Assembly: GCA_002269645.1 (NCBI GenBank)
Contig: NIVC01004782.1
Span: 1-35,089, forward strand
Direction: 5' to 3'
Origin: Macrostomum lignano
Taxonomy: Eukaryota
DNA: 35,089 bases
A model generated the notes under the pieces. The model did no database searches, was not told where the DNA came from, and was given only the letters and a program-made list of their open reading frames with translations. Position 1 is the stretch's first letter. The number at the start of each line of letters is the position of its first letter. Made by a program: the position numbers and the translations under genes. This document shows, one piece after another, positions 11,233-22,186 of this stretch.

Positions 11233-11730
11233 GTGTGTGACTTATCCATGCTAACCCTTAATACGAGTACGAGCTACATCACCTTCATATACCTGCAGGA
11301 TTAGTAAATAAGCGCTGACCCACGATACTGATACTGATCGATGCATTCATTGGGGAGGTTGCGAAACGCCTTCGGCGACATCACCTCTCAGCCAGCGATA
11401 AGGCAATTTTGGCCATTCCACCGACTTCCGTGGAAGCGCGCCAATAGTGTACGCAGGTACATTTCGTCCTCTTAAAAGTTTCTTGAAAAATTGCAGTGCA
11501 ATACAGGCGGCTTAGGCGCAATGGTAACTTACAAAAGTGCAGTGGGTGATGCTTAGACACCCCGAAATGCAATTTTATCACTCGACTGTGCGAAGATTGA
11601 TTTCAGATATCTACTATATGCAATGCTTATGCGGGGAAATTTGGATAAAAGGCACAAGTACTTCAGGTACGCCACTCTAGGCACGTTTAGAACTACATAC
11701 AACCTCTTTTATTCCAGAAAATTTCATCAG

Positions 11731-12577
11731 CGTAAAGCGGGCCTGTCTTTGCCGACCGGGGGTCACCACCATGGAGTCGTCTCTGCCAGCTCTCGAGCCG
11801 CTGCCGCCAGCCGCAACGGCGCGGACTCGCTGCTCGCTGACAGCGGCTGGCTGCGGCGCCGCGGTAGCAACGGGTGGCGTGCAGCGCACCGAGGCCAGTG
11901 CAGACGTCTCAGGTTCAGCATCCGTCGCCTCGACCACCGAAACCGTGCTGGACACGATCGAGTTGTTTGCCGACTCTCGCTGGACTCGACTGTGCCGTCT
12001 GCCGCGCCCGATGCATTCGCACGCCTCAGTGGCCGACGCCCGACACCTGTTTATCTGCGGCGGCATCTCTGGCCGCTCGGAGGACCCGCTGCCTCTGCCG
12101 TGGCTGTATCGGCTGCCGCTAGACAAACCGCGCCGTCGGCATTGGCAACTACTGCCAGAGCTTCGGGCGCCTCGTTGGAACCATTGCCTTCTGCTGCGAC
12201 GCGGTCGACTGTGGGCCTTCGGCGGCGACTGTGTTGGACTGGACGGTCTTGAGCCGGTGCCCTGCCAGTCTGTTGAAAGCCTGGACGACGCGCACGCGGT
12301 GCCGAGCTCGGGCTGGCAGATACGAGCGGAACGTCTGCCGACAGGGTGCCGTCGCCTGCTGGACGTGGCTCGGAGAGGAGGAGAGGCCTACGCTATAGCC
12401 GAAGTGGAATCGAATGCAATCAGCGTGACAGCAGGGGACAGCCAATCATCCGGCTGCAGCGACAAGCTGCTGCTGCGATTCTGCCTTCGCAAAGGACGCT
12501 GGGACGAGAGCGTCAGGGTGCCGCTGCCATCGGGGTCTTGGCTCCTGGCCTGCTTGGAGATACCCCGACTGCCCTAA
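11731..12577 (+). CDS. BTB-BACK-Kelch protein, terminal exon with Kelch repeats
   Basis: Kelch signatures AVATGG...LDTIELF..SRWTRLCRLPRPMHSHASV...LFICGG and WQLLPELRAPRWNHCLLLRRGRLWAFGG. Acceptor TTTCATCAG at 11730 joins in frame to the phase-2 donor at 11457. Stop TAA at 12575-12577. Confidence 0.85.
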
Positions 12578-14211
12578 TTGAAATGAGCAGCAGCTTTCAG
12601 TGTCCCCGAGGAGCTTTTACGCCTGGAATTCAGTCGTTATAACAACATTCTAAATCTAAAAGTTGCACAGGAGTTTCTTGTATTCGCAGTTAGATGGTTA
12701 GTTTCTAGCGAACTGATGTCAACTGTACCATGCTATAGAGTTTGGTCCGGAGATTTTATCTAAGACATCGGTTATACCGTAAATCAATCCCTGAACACGA
12801 GCTAGTCAAAAAACCCAGTACTTGTACATTTAGATATAGGTCTCTATTTCGTAAGAATCAAGTCGCCAGCCCTACGGACCGTCGGAGATATTCAACAATT
12901 TTACCAGGTCGGATTTTCCTCGTGCATAATATACACCTGAGCACCAATCAACACTAGCCATCAGTGCAGCCTTGACAAGCTCTGACTCCGTTGATCACCT
13001 GCCTTCACCCAGACGAAGCTTCTGGACATTAAACAGTTAAAAGCACCCGGTAACTATGGACACCCTGTCGCAATTTCTCTAGTTTTGTTACCCAAGCCCC
13101 AACAGCTGGACATGCGCAGCTAGTCTCTCAACCATTCCATCATCACCCCACAGCGTCGGTACCTTTAACAACTGGCACCAGGTAACTACGGACAACCTGT
13201 TGTGGATTTCTGTCTCTGATCAAGTCTCAGCTGTTAGGTATCCTGAACTAGTCCAGACTGAACATCCAGACGCCGTGAACTTCTTCAACAGGCGACACGG
13301 TCAAATAGTAGATGAGGACCATAGACAATAGCTCGTACTAAGTTTAATCCTTCTCCTACGCCTACAAAAGACCTCGAAGAATGCACAGACCTCCGAAAGC
13401 TTTGCGAGCGTATGATCTAGACGCAAGTGCTCATTTTTAACGCGATGACTACGTTATGAGTTAAATTTATAGCCCCAAAAATTAATTGAAAAGAGAATAA
13501 ACTCATGTCTTAAACTTTTTTGATTTACTAAAAATGACAATCAATTGACATCAAAGTATATCAAACATAAATATAAATAAATATAATAGTTCATATATTT
13601 ATTCTATGTGAAATACATGCACTTCAAGTGCACTTTGCTATATTATATCATATGATTACTTATCGAACAGTGAAGGTCATGAAATATGAAATATTATATA
13701 AAGGAAAACAGACAAATTATAAATTGGTCTAGAGCAGAGTTAAGAAGTGTGTGCAGCGCCAATATTCGAATAAGGGTTAAATCCGGTTTTACAATAATCG
13801 TCATTACATTTACGATTACAAATAACAATTGAGGTGAGCACAACCTCCGCAACTGAGGCATCAATCAGTCAAATCAATCTGCAAATCAATCGATACAGTT
13901 AATAACTGATTAACATAACTGGTCAACAGGGGGGAAACAGAGAGGCAGGTAGCTCTGCTAGAAAAAGGCCCGAATGAAGAATGCTGTACACACATAACAA
14001 TAACAATATAAGATGCGCCGTGTCCCTGAAGACAGTGCATTTATTCTTTTGTTTAAACATGCAATAACATCAAGTACATCAAGTACCCGTTATGAACTTC
14101 TTTAACAAATAAAATAACGTATCTCAACATGCATACAATAAGAAGAATCGAGAGTTGCTGTAAGCCTTCAAAACTCTTCTGAATCACAAACACGGGGTTA
14201 CAGTAGTTCCG

Positions 14212-14323
14212 TCAGATTTCTTTTGAGCCTTTAAAACTTTCGAGAAATTTCAACCCTTCCCCGCTGCGAAAGTTCTCAGCCGGGTCCTCCTCCATGTTCT
14301 CAAAGTCGTCCGCGTAGGCAGCA
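14212..14323 (-). CDS. PPP2R3: PP2A regulatory subunit B'' exon 6 (terminal)
   Basis: Acceptor CGCAG before 14323; joining to donor GA|GTGAGT (15039) gives MHDD-AAYADDFENMEEDPAENFRSGEGLKFLESFKGSKEI*. Minus-strand AATAAA at ~14040-14045. Confidence 0.7.
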
Positions 14324-14471
14324 CTGCGTTGCGAAAGTTGAAAATTATTGATTGGATTGATTTAGTTCTCAAGCGTGTACTAAAAGTAGTGCTATGCAAA
14401 AACATTTTATTTTTTATCATTATTTTATTTAAGAAACTGCAAAGATTTTCGACTATTGGATGTAGGACCAT

Positions 14472-14987
14472 TGGAGGCTGGCCCAGCAACTGAGGATCTG
14501 GGAGGCTGGCCCAGCAACTGAGGATCTGGGAGGCTGGCCCAGCAACTGAGCATCTGGGAGGCTGGCCCAGAAACTGAGGATCTGGGAAGCTGGCCCAGCA
14601 ACTAAGGATCTGGGAGGCTGGCCCAGCATCTGAGGATCTGGGAGGCTGGCTCAGTAACTGAGGATCAGGGAGGCTGGCCCAACAACGTATGATCTGGGAG
14701 GCTGGCCCAGCATCTGAGGATCTGGGAGGCTGGCCCAGCAACTGAGGATCTGGGAGGCTGGCCCAGCAACTGAGGATCTGGGAGGCTGGCTCAGTAACTG
14801 AGGATCTGTGAGGCTGGCCCAGCAACTGAGGATCTGGGAGGCTGGCCCAGCATCTGAGGATCTGGGAGGCTGGCCCAGCAACTGAGGATCTGGGAGGCTG
14901 GCCCAGCAACTGAGGATCAGGGAGGGCTGGCCCAGCAACTGAGGATCAGGGAGGGCTGGCCCAGCAACTGGCACTCTGGGAGGCTGG
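14472..14987. repeat. 28-bp minisatellite, ~18 copies, consensus CTGAGGATCTGGGAGGCTGGCCCAGCAA
   Basis: Directly visible; lies in the last intron of the PP2A B'' gene. Confidence 0.97.
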
Positions 14988-15039
14988 ACTATAAACTCCT
15001 GGGCTAAGAGCACACCAGACATCAGCTAACATCACTCAC

Positions 15040-15438
15040 TCATCGTGCATAGCTCCGTTGCTCTCCTCAGCCACCAGTATCTCGTACATCTCAGCTGCGT
15101 ACTTCTCCCAGTCGGACATGCCGGCGCACTCTTGAATATCGCGCAGATTGGCAAAGGGGTCGCGCTGCTCATAGTCCAGGAACTTGTGCAGGTTGAACAT
15201 GGTGTCAAAGAACACGCCGGCCAATTTGCAGCGCTTTAAATCGCCCAACGCGATTCGATTCGGCTGGGCGGGCTTCACCATGTCTAGCATGGTGCACACG
15301 CAGTCCTGCAGGCCCTGGTACTCCTCGATGCGGGCCTCCTCCATTCGGCGCATCTGCTCAGTGTAGAAGTACTCCATTTCGTACAGGGATATGACCCCGT
15401 CTCCGTCTAGGTCCATGCAGCGGAACCAGTATTCTATG
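15040..15438 (-). CDS. PPP2R3: PP2A regulatory subunit B'' exon 5 (second EF-hand region)
   Basis: SIEYWFRCMDLDGDGVISLYEMEYFYTEQ...DLKRCKLAGVFFDTMFNLHKFLDYEQRDPF...SDWEKYAAEMYEILVAEE, the conserved B''/PR72 C-terminus. Acceptor AAACAG and donor GTGAGT are phase-consistent. Confidence 0.97.
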
Positions 15439-15665
15439 CTGTTTAGTTGGAGGTTTTTAAGACGGTTGTTGCGTATTTAGATAGTCTACTACTGGAAGTA
15501 ATATCAATTGAAAAATGATAAGGCAGTTATTTACACTTTAAGCGACATTGTCACACAACAGGCGAGAGGCATTACTGTCCATTCCGCCGACTCCCCTGAG
15601 CAGGCACACAAGCGCGGATACGTACGCAGTCATACGCACAGGCCACACACTCACACAGGAGTGTA

Positions 15666-15748
15666 CAGCGGCCCTAACTAGCCGAGATTCCAATTTAGCC
15701 CCAGATTAATGTATTGCGACTGCACTTGGAATCGAGCCTGGGCCGCTG
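15666..15748. repeat. Small imperfect inverted repeat (mini-MITE-like) in intron 4
   Basis: CAGCGGCCC (15666-15674) pairs with GGGCCGCTG (15740-15748); GATTCCAA (15686-15693) pairs with TTGGAATC (15726-15733). Confidence 0.45.
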
Positions 15749-15942
15749 GCACATGAGAGCAGCCGTCTTATGATAAGCCGTCTGCTTATATAATTAAATA
15801 AACTTACAAGAACTATTGAAGAGTCGATAGAAAGATTGTTAAAGACTATTAAGGATCCACTACAAAGACTACAAAGCAATAAAAAAGACTTAACACCTTA
15901 TAGAACTATTCAATAGGCTTAAAAAAGGGCAATACAACTCAC

Positions 15943-16081
15943 CTCCTAGGATGCCGTTTGTCCTCTTCGGCCAGGAGAAACCAGACAAAGTCTGGATAGG
16001 ACATCCGACTCTCTGTCAGCAGAGATTTGTTGCGCGACACGGCGCCGGAGAAAATCCGATCGATAATCCGGTCTGAGAGGG
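15943..16081 (-). CDS. PPP2R3: PP2A regulatory subunit B'' exon 4
   Basis: ALSDRIIDRIFSGAVSRNKSLLTESRMSYPDFVWFLLAEEDKRHPRS, in a frame the ORF track did not report. Acceptor CTCCAG, donor AG|GTGAGT, phases 1 and 2 match the neighbours. Confidence 0.97.
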
Positions 16082-16302
16082 CTGGAGCGCAAAAAATGAA
16101 TGCCATTTAGGCCAAAGATAGATTCTGTCAATCTCTCTTTTATAGCTACTTCTGCCTATTTTCAAGGGCTATAGCTTCGGTACTCAGTGGTCGAGTGGCC
16201 GACAGATGAAATTTACACACTTTCTCTTCCGGAATGCAGCTGTAGCCTAGAGATGAGGATGCGTAAGAGTGCCAACCTGACGATGTCCTTGTCTTTGAAC
16301 CC

Positions 16303-16386
16303 GGTCGCTTTTACAAGCTTGGAAATTTTTTACATCTATCAAATTGGGAAGTTTTCGAGTTTGTGAAGCTTCAAGCTTGTAAAAGC
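16303..16386. mobile_element. Miniature relative of the 2828-3050 foldback element
   Basis: Perfect 14-bp inverted repeat GCTTTTACAAGCTT (16307-16320) / AAGCTTGTAAAAGC (16373-16386); GGTCGCTTTTACAAGCT and TTTTCGAGTTTGTGAAG resemble the terminus and subrepeats of 2828-3050. Confidence 0.6.
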
Positions 16387-16580
16387 TTAATGAGTCTACG
16401 AATCCTCAGCAAAAAAACGCATGCAAAAAACAGAGGATCATATCATTAACATACGATTAGAGGCACAGCAAAAGGGGGATTCAAGCAAGTCTCCTGTTTT
16501 GACTAGTCTTAGGCTCCGTAAATGATCGATGCATGCTAAAAGCCCTAGAAAAAAGACATGATTTAACGTCACTTCGGGGG

Positions 16581-16747
16581 CAAGGTTTTTACAGTCGGAA
16601 TTTCAAGTCAAATCCAGTCTATAGACAGTACTGGACTAGATTAGAACTAACCTAGACTAGATTAGACATAAACTAGACTAGATTAGAACTAGACTAGATT
16701 TCAAACCCGATTAGATTTGACTTGAAATTCCGACTGTAAAAACCCTG
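16581..16747. mobile_element. MITE with perfect 31-bp inverted repeats and an internal CTAGA-type micro-repeat
   Basis: GGTTTTTACAGTCGGAATTTCAAGTCAAATC (16584-16614) is the exact reverse complement of 16714-16744; ends extend to CAAGG...CCCTG. No TSD seen. Confidence 0.85.
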
Positions 16748-17267
16748 CGGGCAAACCTCGGCGGGGAAAACTTCCCGCGGGAAATTCTCATAGATACGTC
16801 ACATCTCTGAGACAATCTAAAGTTTTTACTTTCGTGCATTTTTTTGAGCAGGCACTTGTTTACTTCTGACGAATGTTCTGACATAAACAGCATGCTGTTA
16901 AGATGCACTTTGAAAGTCAAACATGAGTATTCTTTTTCCCATAGCATAGCTGCTGCATATACATTTCCTAATTGCAGTTACCTGGAATGCCTAACGAAAA
17001 TGCCAAAGCCAATGCTGAGGCGGGTGGCATTTGAAGCAGGTAGCGACCTGAATTTTTGCAGCGATTTTGTTTTAGCGGTAGAAATGTATTAATTCGATTC
17101 GGTACCCCCCCCCCCCTAGGCTAACAAGCGTACCAGTCACTTACGTCGCCCTAGAGTCGGTTGTAGATAAAATAGATACTATAAGAAAGAAGTGACTTTC
17201 GACGACACTAAAAGGACGAGATGTCACGGTAAAAGTCGTCAAAATTTGTCTGCGACTCTGGGGCACT

Positions 17268-17912
17268 TCTATAATGCCTCACGGACCGTAGTGTCGTATC
17301 TGAGGTGTGCACTATAATGCCTCACGGACCGTAGTGTCGTATCTGAGGTGTGCACTATAATGCCTCACGGACCGCAGTGTCGTATCTGAGGTGTGCACTA
17401 TAATGCCTCACGGACCGTAGTGTCGTATCTGAGGTGTGCACTATAATGCCTCACGGACCGTAGTGTCGTATCTGAGGTGTGCACTATAATGCCTCACGGA
17501 CCGCAGTGTCGTATCTGAGGTGTGCACTATAATGCCTCACGGACCGTAGTGTCGTATCTGAGGTGTGCACTATAATGCCTCACGGACCGTAGAGTCGTAT
17601 CTGAGGCGTGCACTATAATGCCTCACGGACCGTAGTGTCGTATCTGAGGTGTGCACTATAATGCCTCACGGACCGCAGTGTCGTATCTGAGGTGTGCACT
17701 ATAATGCCTCACGGACCGTAGAGTCGTATCTGAGGCGTGCACTATAATGCCTCACGGACCGTAGAGTCGTATCTGAGGCGTGCACTATAATGCTTCACGG
17801 ACCGTAGAGTCGTATCTGAGGCGTGCACTATAATGCTTCACGGACCGTAGTGTCGTATCTGAGGCGTGCACTATAATGCCTCACGGACCGTAGAGTCGTA
17901 TCTGAGGCGTGC
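17268..17912. repeat. 43-bp minisatellite, 15 copies, consensus ACTATAATGCCTCACGGACCGTAGTGTCGTATCTGAGGTGTGC
   Basis: ATAATG recurs from 17271 to 17873 at 43-bp spacing; lies in PP2A B'' intron 3. Confidence 0.98.
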
Positions 17913-17994
17913 TAGCGTCGCACTATAAACCCAGAACATTATTTAGTGTCTCATGTAAACAATAATAAAGTCATACAAAGCAGAACAAACTAAC

Positions 17995-18835
17995 CATAGT
18001 TATTGTGTCGCCTCAAATCCTCCTTGCTAATGAACAGATCGTGATCCGTGTCGATGTCCCAGAATTTGCAATAGATAACATAAAAGTGTTCGTAGCTGAA
18101 AAAGTCTGTAACCTCATTAATATCGTCTTTAAGCTCTAACGAGGCTATAGTTGCTAACAATTTAGATCTGCGCAACTCCTGACAGGTGATTCTACCAGTC
18201 CAAGAGGCGTTCACTTCGTAGAATATTCTAGCAATAACTGTATTCACATAGCGACCGTGAAACTCGGGCGCCTCCTGTAGGAAGCTCAAGCCGGGATGCG
18301 AATCCACAATGTCCTGTACTAGTGGCAGAAAGTCGTCCGACACTAGGTGTTGCCTAGCGCCTCGGGTCAACAGGTGCACAAATCTGGACGAATCGTCGCG
18401 AAAATTTTTTGTTAACTCTCGTCGCAAAGTTAACAGTCGGTCTTTAGCAGCCGGTCGTTGTTCTGTGCCGCCAGCAGCTGAGAATAGCGGCTGCTTCCAG
18501 AACTTCGGATAGCCCATCGCTTTGGCAATGTCGGCCATCTGTGCCAGCGTCACAGTTTGGCCTTGAATCTCATCTAAAGCCTGAACTAATCGACTATCAT
18601 CAACCGGAGCGGCCGAAGAAACTCGGCCAGTATCGGGGAAGTAGAATCTGGGAATGTCCTGACCGCGCAGCGAGTCCGCCTCTTTTAATAGCGCCGTCAC
18701 CACGGGGCCGGCTGGGGTTGACGCGGCGTCCTCAGACGGAGTAGCCGTCGCAGTTGGCGAAGAGGGGCCGGTTGGCGAGGTTGCCGAAGTTTGCGGCGAA
18801 TTAGAAGCCTCCTTGGTAGTGGTGGAGTCGCCCGA
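17995..18835 (-). CDS. PPP2R3: PP2A regulatory subunit B'' exon 3 (core and first EF-hand)
   Basis: DIPRFYFP...YPKFWKQPLF...DFLPLVQDIVDSHPGLSFLQEAPEFHGRYVNTVIARIFYEVNASWTGRIT...FFSYEHFYVIYCKFWDIDTDHDLFI, diagnostic of PR72/PR130/PR70. Acceptor AAACAG (phase 0), donor G|GTTAGT (phase 1). Confidence 0.97.
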
Positions 18836-18984
18836 CTGTTTTAATGAGAAAATAAAAGTGTATGAGTATATAAAAAGAAGAATAGAAACTGCATAAAAAC
18901 GAGCGTCTCCCCCCAAAAAATCATAATAAATATTATTATGAGTTGAAAGTTGCTAAGTTGCAAGCTAAAAATCATCAAACTGAC

Positions 18985-20364
18985 ATCATCCATAACTGCG
19001 TCGCTGTCGTCTTTGCTAGTGGTTTCAATCTCAGACGAAACAACAGCTGGTTCGCCGGAGTCATCTTCAGTGTCCACAGTCTTCACCGATGGTTGATCAT
19101 GCTCGATTTTGTCTACACTTGGCTCCAGAGGCTCCGCTACTTCCTCTTGTGGCTTTGGTTCGGTTGGAGATTTAACTGGAGTAACAGAATCATCCTTTGT
19201 CAAAGTTGTATCAGCGGCAGAGGCGGCGGCTGCAGCTGCGGCTGCAGCGGCATTACTATCGTCGTCGCTTAAGTCAACAGTGTCAGGCAGATTCTTGAGT
19301 ACATCCGGCCGATCTGAGGTCAGACGACCACCTTCGACAGCATCTGCATTAGACGAACCAGCTGACGGTGCATCAACGAGCACAGGTATCGGAGTCGGGA
19401 ATGTCGTTGCCGTAGTGTCATTAGTTTCTGAAGCAGCAGCCTGTTTAGTAGAGTCGGTCGTTTCGCCTAGCGGTATGCGAACAACTTCAGGCGGCGTGCC
19501 AGCATCGTGCAGAGCCAGGGGCTTGTCTTTCACTAAACGAGGCCCGGGACCGCTCAACAGAGCTTCCGGCCGGCGCACTGGTGACAGAGGAGTCGTAGGA
19601 GAGGAGCCCGCACCAGGCGAAGCAATCGCTGGGGCCGTCATAGGCGAATCAAGCCGGGCATGAAACTGCGAAGCAAAACTAGGACTCTGCGGATCGCCAC
19701 TGCTGTTGCCTCCGCCGCTGATGACGCTACTACCGGCACTGGTTTGCACACTTAGCGGAGTTGGCGATGGCGACGACTGCGGTGGGACTGAAGGCGGGCC
19801 GCCAACAGAATATTGTACAGTGACGGGTTTGTCACCGCCAGTCAGTACAAACTGTCCGCTTGTTCGGCCCATGCGCGGATGGAGACGAATACGGAACCGT
19901 GTGCCGCTACCTGCTGGTCCGACGCCAATAACACCAACGCTGCCCATGCCGCCAGCTGACGACACGGACGATGACGGACTAGGCGGCCGACCGCTGACAA
20001 GCTCCAATCGACGCATCGACGAAGTAGACGAAGCCGCGTCATCGTCGGCACCAGACGGCGTTGTCGCAGTAGACGAAGGTGCAGAGGAGGTCGACTGTGG
20101 CGGCAATAGCATGTGATAGCGCGTGACTTCGTGCTGTTGATTTCGGTGCTGCTGCTGCGACGGATACAGGTGCTGCATATGCTGATGCTGGTGTACATGA
20201 GGCGGCTGCTGCGGCGGGCGAGCGTTTGCGGGCACCGAGCCCGGGGCAATGGTTGCACCGGTTGCCGCGGCTAGCCGACGACACCGGAGAGATGGACGCC
20301 GCCGCATCCCCAACAGCCGTTTGTGACGTGAACTGAACGAGCTCTTGCAACTTCTAATCGACAG
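18985..20364 (-). CDS. PPP2R3: PP2A regulatory subunit B'' exon 2: ~460-aa low-complexity Ser/Pro/Ala/Gln/Asp-rich segment
   Basis: Long stop-free frame in GC-rich sequence; acceptor CCACAG before 20364 (alternative GATTAG before 20353) and donor GAT|GTCAGT at 18984, both phase 0. The 5' boundary and the frame of the first ~30 codons are uncertain. Confidence 0.75.
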
Positions 20365-21897
20365 CTGTGGTAGACGCTAACTCGGCTAGTTACTAGGCTG
20401 CAGCCAACAGGGCTCACAGATAGCGACATTATGTAAATATATTTTGAAAGATATAATTAAATAATCTAATCGTAATTCGCTCTGTAGGTGAGAATCTTAA
20501 GAGATAGACATTGCGATCTAGCTGCAGAAGGGAAAAGCGAGGCAGCAGATGCCGTCAAGCGCTGGGATCCGGGAGTGAGGTTGCCAGCTGTGAAGAGGAA
20601 GTGGGCAAAAACAGCACGCACAGGGGGTGAGGGGCACAATGCAGGCTATATCTATTCGTGGCGCTCTACTCCGTACTGACCTTTCCCTTTCCATCCGTAC
20701 CGAAGCGTTTCCTCTACCTACTGTTGCCTCCAGTAATCCCCTCTTTTACCCTCACTTCCTAACCCTAGGCCATCTAAACATCGCCCAAATCCTTCCCAAA
20801 CCAGTTCGTTTGGAAGCGTCGGCTGTTTTGCGTCACCGTCAGATGCTGTAAAACGAGAGGAACGGAGGGTGGGAGGCCAGAAAGGGAGTTTAAGACCCAG
20901 TGACCATTAAAGCTGGGTATGTACGTCAGCACTCGCTGCGCCGTCATTCGATGCTGGTTCAGAAAAAATGGGAGATAGAAGGAAAAGGTTTTAGTCAGAC
21001 GTTGAAGCAAAGTATTGGAATGAACCTCCAAGGGAAAAGCTTGTATTATGCGGCTACAAAGCAAACAGCGACTAATCCCCTATACGTTCATGCCGTACGA
21101 AAGACTTAAGTTTCACTAGCTTATTCGCACCGCACATTCGTCCGGCACAGATATAGAAAAGGAAGGACTGGAAATTTTGAACGCAGCGTTTCTAGCGACA
21201 GAAACGCTGGATGACGTAGGCTTGAAAATGGGCATCCCAAAATGCGCACTAGGATCGTTCAGGCGCAAAGGCAATGCAGTCTATCCTACGGCTCTTTCCC
21301 TCTTTATTTCTATCCGAAGGAAATAATCCCCGCACGAATTTGGCTACGGGCTGTACAAATATCGTGAGATTCAATTTTGTGGGGTCGCTTCTAAACCTAC
21401 AGATCAAGGGTGAACGAACTATAGTTGGCTCTTGGCACTGGCTTCCAGCGAAAGTCGCGCGCACACGCAAGACAGCGTGTATCGCAGGAGAAATGCAGGC
21501 AAAAGCCACTAAAAAATATAATTGCATCTTAACTTTCCGACGGTATAGACCTTACCAAACTATCTGTGAAAAATTCCGCTCTGCAATGGTAGCGTTAGGG
21601 AATGAGAAAGTCGCAAACTGAATTTGATGTATAAGAGGTAAGAAAAATGCAAAATGCGCACAAGATCAAGGGAAGCTTAAGCGCCATTGTAACTTTTACT
21701 CAAATTTCTACTTTTTATGTGCAGTGATCATTAAAGCCCGGGCAGCTCATTTGCTACAAAGGACATATAAAGATACTTTATAATAGGGACATTTTTTCTT
21801 GCTAAATATACTTTTAACTGGTTTCAAAGCAACTTGCGGAGCAAAAAATTGCTGCGTAACTATTTTTTGAGCTTTTAATCGAACCTGTTAACTAAAA

Positions 21898-22186
21898 GGA
21901 CCTGTCAACTTCAACTCATAAAGTGAAGCTTAAGTAACCTATGTACTCAAATGATACGTTATTCTGCTCAAAGTGACACCAGAGATAATTAGGGACTATT
22001 ACGAGTATGTCTCGTAAATTGGAGTCCCTAATTATCCCCTTATTTGTTCTCTCCTATCTCAGATCCAATTATGGTCAATTTTTGCCAAATCAAGCTATCT
22101 GGTATCACTGTGAGCAGACTGACGTATCATTTTGTGTACATTGGTTACTCTGGCTTTACCTTATAATGAGTTTAAGTTGACAGGCC
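21898..22186. mobile_element. MITE with ~90-bp imperfect terminal inverted repeats and a nested hairpin
   Basis: 21898-21986 (GGACCTGTCAACTT...GTGACACCAGAGA) aligns by eye with the reverse complement of ~22096-22186 (TATCTGGTATCAC...AAGTTGACAGGCC). Confidence 0.8.

Noticed and set aside
9973-12642. Antisense and off-frame ORFs over the Kelch gene, including 11623-12252
   Set aside because: Domain motifs occur only in the three frames reported; the HHHGVV stretch in 11623-12252 is not followed by Kelch repeats.
14472-14987. Hammerhead-like CTGAGGA followed by a CTGGG/CCCAG hairpin in the 28-bp unit
   Set aside because: The required GAAA is GCAA, helix II is out of register, and a 28-nt unit has no room for helices I and III or an NUH site.
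14250-15022. Repeat ORFs across the 28-bp array
   Set aside because: Artefacts of the minisatellite; the true last exon is 14323-14212 in another frame.
15946-16131. Tracked 61-aa ORF MTESIFG...
   Set aside because: Wrong frame; the overlapping frame encodes conserved PP2A B'' exon 4.
17268-17912. CRISPR-like appearance of the 43-bp palindromic repeat
   Set aside because: Units are contiguous with no unique spacers, there are no cas genes, and the context is a eukaryotic intron.
18943-20258. Several antisense and alternative-frame ORFs over PP2A exon 2
   Set aside because: Expected shadows of GC-rich low-complexity coding sequence; no domains or splice support.
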